A DNA stretch of 63,186 bases from a virus. This document shows, piece after piece, positions 32,565-41,700 of the stretch. The position numbers were made by a program, and so were the translations under genes. Positions within the stretch are counted from its first letter, which is position 1; each line of letters begins with the position of its first letter. Location: IMG/VR virus record IMGVR_UViG_3300032144_000010, one strand, 5' to 3'. The notes below the pieces were generated by a model, which had not been told where the DNA came from, did not search any database, and saw only the letters and a list, made by a program, of their open reading frames with translations.

Positions 32565-34123
32565 CGCTGTCGTTCAAGCTGTTCCCCGAACACCGGAAGG
32601 TCGTCCTTCCGTACCACGCGAAACTCGCGGCGGTCGTTGGAGGCGAACGCCGCACGCTAGCTGGCATCGACTGCATCGTTGCCGATCACACGGCCGACTT
32701 GGTGCGGTTTATGGAGAACCTCGGCACGCAGATTCCGCCGCCGATCATGCACCACTACAACTGGCCGGGCGCGCGCGTGCCGTTCGAGTCGCAGACCGTC
32801 ACGGCCGCGATGATGACGATGAACAAGCGCGCCTACGTGCTGAACGAACTCGGCACTGGCAAGACGTTCGCCGCGCTGGGCGCGATGGACTACCTCATGG
32901 ACGAGTTGGAGATTCACAAGGCGCTGATCGTGGCCCCTGTATCCACGCTGACGTGCGTGTGGGAGCGCGAAATCTTCGCGACGATGCCGCACCGCACCTG
33001 TGCCTTGCTGTACGGGGACGCGCAGCAGCGCCTGAAAGCTCTCTCGCAGGACGTGGACTTCTACATCGTCAACCACGACGGCCTGCGCGTGAAGTCGCTC
33101 TACGCAGCGCTGCTGAAGCGCAGGGACATCGACTGCATCCTGATCGACGAATTGGCGGCATATCGCAACGGCCAGTCCACGCGCTGGAAGCTGATGAGCG
33201 CGCTCACCAGCACGCGCAAGTACGTGTGGGGCATGACCGGCGCGCCCACGCCCAACGATCCGACGGATGCGTTCGCGCAGGCGAAGCTCATCAATCCGAA
33301 GCGGCTGCCGGTGGCGTTCTTCAAGGCGTTCCGCGACATGACGATGCGCCAGATCAGCCAGTTCAAGTGGGTGCCGAAGACCGACGCCAACCAGATCGTG
33401 CACGACGCGATGCAACCAGCGGTGCGCTTCACGCGCGCCGAGTGCGTGGACTTGCCGCCGCTGCTCATCACCGAGCGTGACCCGCCGCTCTCGAAGGAGC
33501 AGGAAGCCGCGTACCGCGACATGCACTCGAACATGCGCGTGAAGTTCCAGAAGGACCCCCGCGCGATCTACGCGCCCAACGCCGGAGTGCAGCTGGGCAA
33601 GCTGCTCCAGATCGGCGCGGGTTTCGTCTATGGCCCGGACGGGTCCGCCATACTCATAGATTACTCAGAGCGCTTCGACGCGCTGGAGGAGATCATCTAC
33701 GAGGCCGAGAAGAAGGTCATCGTCTTCTTGCCTTTCACTCGTGGGGTTGATAGGCTTTACTCAGATTTGATGCAGGCCGGGCATTCGGTTGCCAAGGTCT
33801 ACGGGGACACGCCGAAAGCTGAGCGGGATCGCATCTTCAATGCGTTCCAGTCGCAGGCCGATCCACATGTCCTCGTGGCGCACCCGAAGTGCATGAGCCA
33901 CGGACTCACGCTCACGGCCGCGAACACCATCGTGTGGTTCTCGCCGTCGTTGTCGCGCGAGACCTACGAGCAGGCCAACGGCCGCGTGTCGCGGCCGGGG
34001 CAGGACACCCACCAGCTGGTCGTTCGGTTGGTGTCCACGATGGCTGAGCGCAAGGCGTACCGGGTCCTCGACCGGCGCGGCGCTGTGCAGGACGTGTTAC
34101 TGGAGTTGTTTGCTGCCGATTAA
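32561..34123 (+). CDS. SNF2-family (SF2) helicase
   Basis: LNELGTGKT (motif I), ILIDELAAYRN (motif II). The C-terminal helicase lobe has ...SHGLTLTAANTIVWFSP...QANGRVSRPGQ. ATGA overlap at 32561. Confidence 0.85.
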   Translation: MTLSFKLFPEHRKVVLPYHAKLAAVVGGERRTLAGIDCIVADHTADLVRFMENLGTQIPPPIMHHYNWPGARVPFESQTVTAAMMTMNKRAYVLNELGTGKTFAALGAMDYLMDELEIHKALIVAPVSTLTCVWEREIFATMPHRTCALLYGDAQQRLKALSQDVDFYIVNHDGLRVKSLYAALLKRRDIDCILIDELAAYRNGQSTRWKLMSALTSTRKYVWGMTGAPTPNDPTDAFAQAKLINPKRLPVAFFKAFRDMTMRQISQFKWVPKTDANQIVHDAMQPAVRFTRAECVDLPPLLITERDPPLSKEQEAAYRDMHSNMRVKFQKDPRAIYAPNAGVQLGKLLQIGAGFVYGPDGSAILIDYSERFDALEEIIYEAEKKVIVFLPFTRGVDRLYSDLMQAGHSVAKVYGDTPKAERDRIFNAFQSQADPHVLVAHPKCMSHGLTLTAANTIVWFSPSLSRETYEQANGRVSRPGQDTHQLVVRLVSTMAERKAYRVLDRRGAVQDVLLELFAAD

Positions 34124-34147
34124 TTGCACGTATCTTTGGAGGTACGA

Positions 34148-34528
34148 ATGGACGTAGCCCGCGCCGTTGGCGCATACATCAAGTTGCGGGACTTGAAGAC
34201 CGAAGTGAAGGCGAGGCACACTGCCGAACTCGCTCCGATCAACGAGAAGATGACCAAGCTGGAAGCCATGCTGTTGAACCATCTCACCACCCAGAACACC
34301 GAGAGCGTTCGCACCAGCGCCGGCACCGCTTACAAGTCCACCCGTACCTCCGCAAAGGTCATCGACTGGGACGCTTGCCTCGCGTTCATTCGCGAACACA
34401 ACTTCTGGCACCTGCTGGAACGTCGTGTCGCGAAGACGGCCATCGAGGAGATCGTCGCAGGTAGCGGTGAGTTGCCACCCGGCGTGGACCTGTCGTCTGA
34501 AGTCACCATCAACATCCGCATTTCGTGA
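34148..34528 (+). CDS. Gam/Gp157-like architecture protein (coiled coil plus small alpha/beta domain); function uncertain
   Basis: GGAGG lies 6 nt upstream of the ATG at 34148. The N-terminal coiled coil followed by ...SVRTSAGTAYKSTRTSAKVIDWDACLAFI... resembles Mu Gam / Sipho_Gp157 layout (memory only). Confidence 0.4.
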   Translation: MDVARAVGAYIKLRDLKTEVKARHTAELAPINEKMTKLEAMLLNHLTTQNTESVRTSAGTAYKSTRTSAKVIDWDACLAFIREHNFWHLLERRVAKTAIEEIVAGSGELPPGVDLSSEVTINIRIS

Positions 34529-34536
34529 GGTAGAAC

Positions 34537-35565
34537 ATGAGCAAGGAGCTTGCAACCAAAGCCGAGGCGATCATCGCGCGCTTCGGCGACGTCTTCGACG
34601 TCGATCCCGATGACCTGCGCGCTGGCGCGACCGGCGGCACCTTCGGGGTGATGTCGTTCCGCGCCAGCAAGTGGCGTGTGAAATTCGGCGGTGAAGAAGA
34701 ACTCGTCACCGACGATCAGGGCGAGCCGGTGGCGTCCATCCGCGTCGTCATGCTGCGCGCGTCGAAGTCGGTCTCCAAGACCTACTACGAGGACGCGTAC
34801 ACCGACGGCTCCGACGCGCAGCCGACGTGTCTGTCCGTGAATGGCATCGAGCCCGACCCCGGCTCGCTGAAGAAGCAGTCCGGCACCTGCGCCACCTGCC
34901 CGAAGGGCATGTGGGGATCGAAGATCACGCCGAACGGCAAGAAGGCGAAAGCGTGCAGCGATGCCCGCCGCATCGCCATCGTGCCGGAACTGGACCTGAA
35001 CAACGCTCGCTATGGCGGCCCGATGCTGCTGCGGGTACCGGCGGCGTCCCTGCGCGACCTCGCCGAGTTCGGCGAGCAGATGAAGCGCAAGGGCTTCCCG
35101 TACAACGCCATCATCACCCGGATCGGCTTCGACCCCGACGCGAGCTTCCCCAAGCTCACGTTCAAGGCGGTGCGCGCGCTGACGCTGGATGAACTGGAGA
35201 TCGTCGCGGGCGTCCTGCACGACGACGAGGTTCTGGACAACATCCTGAACAAGCCGTCCGAGCCCCGCGCCGACGACGCGCCGGCCGCGCAGGCACCGAA
35301 GCCGGCGGCGGCTCCCGCCCGCCCGGCACCGGCCCCCGCGCCGACCGTGGACACGGAGTTCGAGGAGGACACCCCGGCACCGGCCCCCGCGCCGCGCGCA
35401 GCGGCCTCCCGGAAGCCGCCGGCCGCGCGCAGGGCTCCGGCCGCTGCTCCGGCCCCGGCAGCGGCTCCCGCCGCTCCTGCGCCCGCACAGGCGGCTCAGA
35501 AGTCGGACAAGGAGACATCGCTGGAGCAGGACTTGGACGAACTGCTGGCTGGCGTCGAACTGTAA
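34537..35565 (+). CDS. putative ssDNA-binding/annealing protein with Cys cluster, Ala/Pro linker and acidic C-terminal tail
   Basis: Position in the replication module. C..C..CP motif. C-terminus ...LEQDLDELLAGVEL is typical of phage SSB tails. Confidence 0.45.
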   Translation: MSKELATKAEAIIARFGDVFDVDPDDLRAGATGGTFGVMSFRASKWRVKFGGEEELVTDDQGEPVASIRVVMLRASKSVSKTYYEDAYTDGSDAQPTCLSVNGIEPDPGSLKKQSGTCATCPKGMWGSKITPNGKKAKACSDARRIAIVPELDLNNARYGGPMLLRVPAASLRDLAEFGEQMKRKGFPYNAIITRIGFDPDASFPKLTFKAVRALTLDELEIVAGVLHDDEVLDNILNKPSEPRADDAPAAQAPKPAAAPARPAPAPAPTVDTEFEEDTPAPAPAPRAAASRKPPAARRAPAAAPAPAAAPAAPAPAQAAQKSDKETSLEQDLDELLAGVEL

Positions 35566-35595
35566 TCGGGGGGTGAGGAACCCCCGGTAGCAGTG

Positions 35596-35626
35596 GGGGG
35601 GACCGACGGGTCCCCCCGTTTTTTCT
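35596..35626 (+). terminator. rho-independent terminator
   Basis: A 9-bp stem ggggggacc/ggtcccccc (35596-35617) with a 4-nt loop, followed by TTTTTT (35619-35624). A second hairpin precedes it at 35567-35586. Confidence 0.8.
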
Positions 35627-35642
35627 CCACTCGACCTCGCGA

Positions 35643-38447
35643 GTGCCTGCAATGAACACACTAGAATTCCTGAGCAGGGTCCTGCCGCCGGACGGCAGCC
35701 ACTACTTCTCCGCGTCCACGACGGGCGTGAAGGAAAACCAAGACTACCGTCAGACCCACCACACCAGCGTTGCCGAGCTTGCCGCGCGCATCGACGCGAT
35801 GGCGGCGAACCAACCGCATGTGCGGCGCAATATCTACTTCGGCGTCGGGTCGTTCACCCGTAACTCCCGCACCAAGGACGCCTGCGCGCTGAAAGCGTGC
35901 CACCACATCGACATCGACTCGGGCGACGACAAGCCCTATGCGAGCCCGCAGGAGACGCTGGACGCCATCAAGGCAGTAATCGGCAGCCGGGCGCTGCCGA
36001 TGCCCACGCTGATCCTCTGCTCGGGCTACGGCATCCATGCCTACTGGTGTCTGAGCGAGCCGGTCGCGCCGGTCCTCTGGCAACCCGTCGCCGAAGCCTT
36101 GAAGAACGCCTGCAAGGGCGCAGGGCTGGAGACCGACGAGGACATCACCACGGACGCGGCGCGCATCCTGCGCCCGCCCAACACGCTCAACTTCAAGAGC
36201 AGCATCAAGGAGAACTGGGTCCGGGACGACGCGATGTGCCGCCTGCTGGGCGGCGTCGGGCCGACCTACACCAACGAGCAGCTGGCATCGTTGCTGGGCA
36301 CGGCGGCCGCGCTCCCGGCGGTAGACAACAGCGACCTCTCCGATGGACTGTCCCAGCCCGAGTACAAGCCGCTGCCCGCCGGGCCGATGCTGAAGAACTG
36401 CGGCGTGTTCAACTGGCACATGGACATGGGCGGCGCGAACGCCCCGCCGGGATCGTGGTACAACATCATCTCGACGCTGTCGTTCACGGCCGATGGTGAG
36501 GATTACATCCACCCCATCAGCGAGAAGCACGCGACCTACGTCGCCCGCGACGTGGATAAGCGGTTCAGCTACGCCAAGTCCCAGCACGGGAAAGTCGGCC
36601 CGACGACGTGCGCCAAGTTCGAGGAGTGCCACTCCGACATCTGCGCGCTGTGCCCGCACAAGGGTACGATCAAGTCGCCAATCCAGCTGACGACTTTCTT
36701 CGACGAAGTGCCGATGCCGTTTGGCTACTATCAGGACGAGTTCGGCTTGCGGCTCAAGAAGGCGAGCAGCAGCGACGAGGGCAAGCCGGCGGCGGTCGTG
36801 ATGCCGTACCGCATCGTCGAAGTCAGCATCTCGCAAGACCCGACAGGGGCCGGGCTGCGCATACAGTACAAGGCGCACCACATTCACCAGCCCAACGCTG
36901 TGAACGAGGTCAACCACGAAATTCGGCACGTACAAGGCGATAGTCGCGTCGTTTCGGAAGACCTCGCCAGAGGCGCGATTGCGCTCACCGGCCCGCAGCT
37001 GAAGGGGTACAAGGACTTCATCATGTCGTGGATGCAACGCCTGCAAGGCACAGCGAAAGGGCCGCTTACAACGGCGGTCTCGAAGTTCGGCTGGACCAGC
37101 AACGGTTCGTTCGCCGCTGGCGACGTCCTTATCCATCCAAACGGCAAACAAGAACGCGCAACAGTGCGCGCTGATGGCGAGGTCGCAAAGATTTACACCA
37201 CGGCTGGCAGCTTGGAGCCGTGGCGCGAATGCTGCGATTACGTGGTCGGGCAGAAGCGGCAGGAACTGAATGCGCTGATCGCTTCTGCTTTTGCCGCTCC
37301 GTTGCTTAAATTCACTCCCGCAAACGGCGTACTGCTGTCGCTCTACAGCAAGGAATCTGGCACGGGTAAGACAACAGCAATGCAGATTGCGCAAGGAGTG
37401 TGGGGCGACCCGCGCGAGGGTGTACACGCTGTCGTAGATACAGAGAACGCTATCGCAAACAAGATGGGCATACTGAACAATCTCCCGGCTTACTGGGATG
37501 AGTTGCGGACGATGAACATGCGTTCGTTCGTAGGGCTCATATTTCAGGTTGTGCAAGGGCGCGAGAAAGCGCGTCTCGGGTCCAACGCGAAAGCGAGGCC
37601 GCAGCATACGTGGCAGACAATGCTTTCATTCGCCACGAACGAATCCATCCTCGATTACGTCGGTGAGGTAATCCACAGTTCGGACGCAGGCATTGTTCGT
37701 GTCTTCGAGCTTCCTTGTTCCCCGTTGATTATCGGCACCGACGAATTGCACGCAGCGCAGAAACTGTTCAACCAGCTGCCACGTAATTACGGTCACGCAG
37801 GCCGTATATACGCTGGGTATCTGGCATGCAATCACGACGCGGTAGTCGCGAAGTTGGAGAGGAACATCGAGACCTTGTGGAAGCTTATTGACACGAAAAT
37901 GCCGGAACGCTTCCGTTTCTACACCATGGTCACATTGATTACTGGTGCGCAGCTGTCGAACGAAGCAGGGCTAACCAAGTTCGACGTGCCTGCGCTGATG
38001 CGTTACCTCGTCGGCCAGTTCTTGCGCATGCGAGGGCGTGTGGCAGAAGCTGTAGTTAAAGATGCAGCCGCTGCGCACATGCGTGAATTCTTGCGCACCT
38101 TCGCAGACAGTCGCGTTATCGTCGATGCGCGCACTGGACGCATGACTATTCGCGATACTCCAAAGAAAGCGCCTCTCGCATATCAGATCACCGTGGGGCC
38201 GAGCGATGTCACCTTGACCGTGGCGAGCGATCCGTTCTTGCAGTGGGCAAAGACGCGCTACGGCATACACCGTTCAAACGTGCGTCAGGACATGCTCGCG
38301 AAAGGATTCACGGAGCAATCTGTGAACATAGGTAGCGGAACGGGGCACGCCGCTGGGGCCAGCGACTGCTTCGTGATGGTCCAACAGCAAGCGGCGACGG
38401 ACGACCCTTACGCACTGCTTGAACACACGAACTTCGTAGCGGTCTAG
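35643..38447 (+). CDS. bifunctional primase-polymerase / SF3 (D5-like) helicase (start GTG 35643 or ATG 35652)
   Basis: The N-terminal HHIDIDSGDD and CSGYGIHAYW resemble prim-pol. The C-terminal part carries Walker A SKESGTGKTT. Confidence 0.8.
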   Translation: MPAMNTLEFLSRVLPPDGSHYFSASTTGVKENQDYRQTHHTSVAELAARIDAMAANQPHVRRNIYFGVGSFTRNSRTKDACALKACHHIDIDSGDDKPYASPQETLDAIKAVIGSRALPMPTLILCSGYGIHAYWCLSEPVAPVLWQPVAEALKNACKGAGLETDEDITTDAARILRPPNTLNFKSSIKENWVRDDAMCRLLGGVGPTYTNEQLASLLGTAAALPAVDNSDLSDGLSQPEYKPLPAGPMLKNCGVFNWHMDMGGANAPPGSWYNIISTLSFTADGEDYIHPISEKHATYVARDVDKRFSYAKSQHGKVGPTTCAKFEECHSDICALCPHKGTIKSPIQLTTFFDEVPMPFGYYQDEFGLRLKKASSSDEGKPAAVVMPYRIVEVSISQDPTGAGLRIQYKAHHIHQPNAVNEVNHEIRHVQGDSRVVSEDLARGAIALTGPQLKGYKDFIMSWMQRLQGTAKGPLTTAVSKFGWTSNGSFAAGDVLIHPNGKQERATVRADGEVAKIYTTAGSLEPWRECCDYVVGQKRQELNALIASAFAAPLLKFTPANGVLLSLYSKESGTGKTTAMQIAQGVWGDPREGVHAVVDTENAIANKMGILNNLPAYWDELRTMNMRSFVGLIFQVVQGREKARLGSNAKARPQHTWQTMLSFATNESILDYVGEVIHSSDAGIVRVFELPCSPLIIGTDELHAAQKLFNQLPRNYGHAGRIYAGYLACNHDAVVAKLERNIETLWKLIDTKMPERFRFYTMVTLITGAQLSNEAGLTKFDVPALMRYLVGQFLRMRGRVAEAVVKDAAAAHMREFLRTFADSRVIVDARTGRMTIRDTPKKAPLAYQITVGPSDVTLTVASDPFLQWAKTRYGIHRSNVRQDMLAKGFTEQSVNIGSGTGHAAGASDCFVMVQQQAATDDPYALLEHTNFVAV

Positions 38448-38737
38448 CGACGGTTGGGCATGTCCTTGCCTTTGGTCAGGCCGTGCCCACGGTTCTTCTT
38501 CTGCGAGGCCATGCGCAGGTTCGAGTCCGCGTTGCCGCCGCCCTTCACGATGGGACGCTTGTGATCTACGTCCTTGCCGTCGCCCTTCTTTGCCAAGCCG
38601 CGCTCGATCATCTCGCGGCGGGCGGCGTTCCGCTTCGCGCGGTTCTTCCGCTGCTCGGGCGTGGCTTCGTAGCCTGAGATACGCGCCTTGATCTGGCTCG
38701 GCGTGCGGTGCTGGCTGGGGTCGCGCTTCTCTTTCAC
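38444..38737 (-). CDS. small basic HNH-like protein (97 aa); last gene of the virion arm
   Basis: DVDHKRPIVKGGGNADSNLRMASQKKNRG resembles the D-H...GG...N-L...N HNH core without the Cys ligands. ATGA-type overlap with the giant gene. Confidence 0.5.
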   Translation of the reverse strand: MKEKRDPSQHRTPSQIKARISGYEATPEQRKNRAKRNAARREMIERGLAKKGDGKDVDHKRPIVKGGGNADSNLRMASQKKNRGHGLTKGKDMPNRR

Positions 38738-41700
38738 TGCGTAATCCTCTGTGCTTCGCGGAGGTCCACGTACTTGCCTTGCTTGTACTCGCGGGCCTTC
38801 TTGCGCTGGTAGATGCGGCGCTGCTGGAGCTTACCATTCGTGATGCGCGTTTCCACGCCGGGATGCGCGCGGTTGAAGTCTGCGATCTCGCCGCGCTTCA
38901 GGTCGTCGGCCGCGTCGTAGTCCTCGTCCTCGATCAGTCGCGCCCAGCGGTCCATCAGATTGTCACGCTTACCTTCAATGACCTGCTTGGCCGTCAGCTG
39001 CTCGCCGCGCGGGTCGTACATTTCCTGCGCGCGGCGCGGCGTGAAGCCGATCATCTGGCGGGCTACGTCCCCCGCAGTGGCGTCGTCGGCACTGAGCAGC
39101 GTGACGCCGGACGTGTCTTCGATGCCCCGTCCGCCTTCCATCAAGCGCGCACCCTTGGAGATGTCGCTGACGCCTTTCGGCATCAGCAGTTCGCCCGCGC
39201 GCTGGTAGTTGCCGTCAGTGATGGCCGTCATGGCGTTTGCGCCCTTCACGAGCAGGCCCATCACCGGGCCAGCCAACGCCATTGCCATGTTGCCCAGCCA
39301 CTCCTCGGCGTCACGCGACGGCCGCAGCGGCTGCCACAGCAGGTGGCCGAAGCCGACGCGCTGGCCCCACTCGACACCCGTCGCCGCGCTCAGCGCTCCG
39401 TCGGACATCAAGAAGCCCATCTCGTCGCCTGCCCAGTCGCCGAACATCCGGCGTAGCGCCACGTCGGGGTTGCGCAGGGAGAGCGAGAGCTTGCGCACGT
39501 CCTCGTCCTCGGAATCGTCCCCGCCCATTCCGCGCAGCGCCATTCCAGCGCCGAACGCGATAGCCCGCAGCGGCTCGGCAAAAAGCCCGCCTACCGCGCC
39601 CAGCAATGCCCCGTTGATGCCAGCGAAGTAGAGCGCCGCCTTGCGCGCCGCCTTCTTCTCTGTGGCGGTTGCCGTGCGGCTGAAGAACGCCCTGTTGAAC
39701 GTGTGCAACGTGAGGCCGTACATCAGCATGCCGAAGGTCTTGTACAGAGCCACCAGCTTGAACCCGGTGAACTTGCGCAAGTGACGAGGCAGGTTCTCGA
39801 CCGAGTAGTTGCCCTGCGTCTGGCGCGTCATCTTCTCGGCGTAGTTGGTGGCATCGGCCAGCGTTGCCCCCCGCTCGCGCGCGAGTTCGTAGGCAGCCGT
39901 CGCCGTCACGAGCCGGTTCATGATCTCCGTCAGCTGCGGCATGACCTTGGCGATGGACTCGATGTACTGCGCCGTGTGCCCGACGGCCCGAGCCACCATT
40001 GACTTGCTGGGGCCAGCATGCGCCGCGCGCGCAAGCTCCGTCACCATCGTGGTGTCGATGACGCCACGAGCCACCAGTTCGCGCAGCATGCTCTTGACCT
40101 GCGGCGTGGCGCTGCTGGCGGTGAGGATCGCGTCGAGGGCGTCGTCGAGCCGCACGATCTGTCCGCTTGCTGCATCGCCGAGGGCGACGAACATGCGCTT
40201 GATGGCGGGCTTGGTGAAGCGGCCGGACACCCTCGCCATCTTGCGCCCGGTGCGCACCAGCCCATGTTCGCCCGCGATGATCGGCAGGCTGACCAGCCAC
40301 GGCTGCGTGGCGTTGCTGAGCGCGTGCGAGAGCGAGCCGAGGTACCACACGAACGCGAAGCGCGTCAGGCCGGACTCGAAGCGAGCCCAGCTGCCGTTGT
40401 TCTGGTGCATGGTCAGGTCCTGAAGACGCCGAGCCTTCAGTTCCTCGACGAACCGTCCGACAGAGGGCGGGTTGTCGGAGTTCTTATGGAGCGCGTTCAG
40501 ACCCGCGATGGCTTCCTGTTCGTCCACGACGTGTTTCAGGTTCGCGAGCGACCACGCGCCGGAGTAGCTGCGCTCGGCGAACGTCTTCAGCAAATTGTGG
40601 AAGTCGTTCTCGCTGCCACGAACGCGCTTGCGTTCAAGCTCGGACTTGCGCAGGTTCGAGTCTGCCAACAGGCGGATATGCGCGGCGCGCACGGCGTCCA
40701 TCGCGTCTGCTTTCGCTTCCCGTTCCTCCGTGCTATCCGAAGCCTTCCTGCGCCGCCCGCTCATGTAGGCGAGCAGTTCCCGGAGAGCGCCAGTCTCCAC
40801 AGACGTCGAGGTCTGCTTCACCGTCGGGAACTTGCCGACGTAGTAGCCCTCTCCCTTCAGCTGCTTGAGCATCGCAGCGGCTTCTTTCTCGTCGCCCGTG
40901 AACAAGGCGTGGTCTTCGTAGTCCACGACCGCTTCGTCGCCCATCATGTGGACGCGCCCATACTTGCGGCCGGGGTTCTTCACCCGCTCGCCCTTCAGTA
41001 CCTCCTGCACCAGCAACTTGCGAAATTCAGCCGAGTCCTTGGGGTCGAACGCGATCTTGAACTCGCCGTCGCGCTTGCCCTCGGCTACATACTCTCCGTG
41101 GCGCGTCAGCGGGAAATAGTCGCCCTTGACGCTGGTCTCCTCCAGAATTTCGTCTACGTGCTGCATCGTCCACTTGTTGGCGGCACCCGCGTTCTGCACG
41201 TTGGCAAATGCCTTGTCCACGATCTCCTGCCGCGCGCTCTTGTCCTTGGCGTTCATGAGCGCACCGACCAGCTGGATACGCGTGATCTCGGCCTTGTGCA
41301 GATGGTCGGACAGACCTCCGCGCTCCAGCACGGCATGCAGCTGTGCCCGCGTCGAGGTTTCGTGCAGCGCCTTGTAGTGGTTGCGCATGGCGATGTAGAC
41401 CTTCCTCGCCTGCGGCGAGAGAGCATCGAACGCCTTCTTCACGCGGTTGTAGACCTGCTGCGCTTCGGCTTCGACCCCCTTGAAGTGGTCGTGATCTGCA
41501 AAGGACTTGTCCGGGGAGATGTCATGCAGCGTGGCGTCGTTCGCCACCTTGGCAAGTGCTTCACCCTCGGCCATGGAGAGCTTGCGCGCTTCGCGCATCA
41601 CGGCGTCGGCGCGCTGCTGGATCATGCGAGCATCGTGCTGCTTGGCGCGGTACACCTTGATCCAGTCGCGCACTACCTGCGTCCCGTTGCCCGTGCTGGC

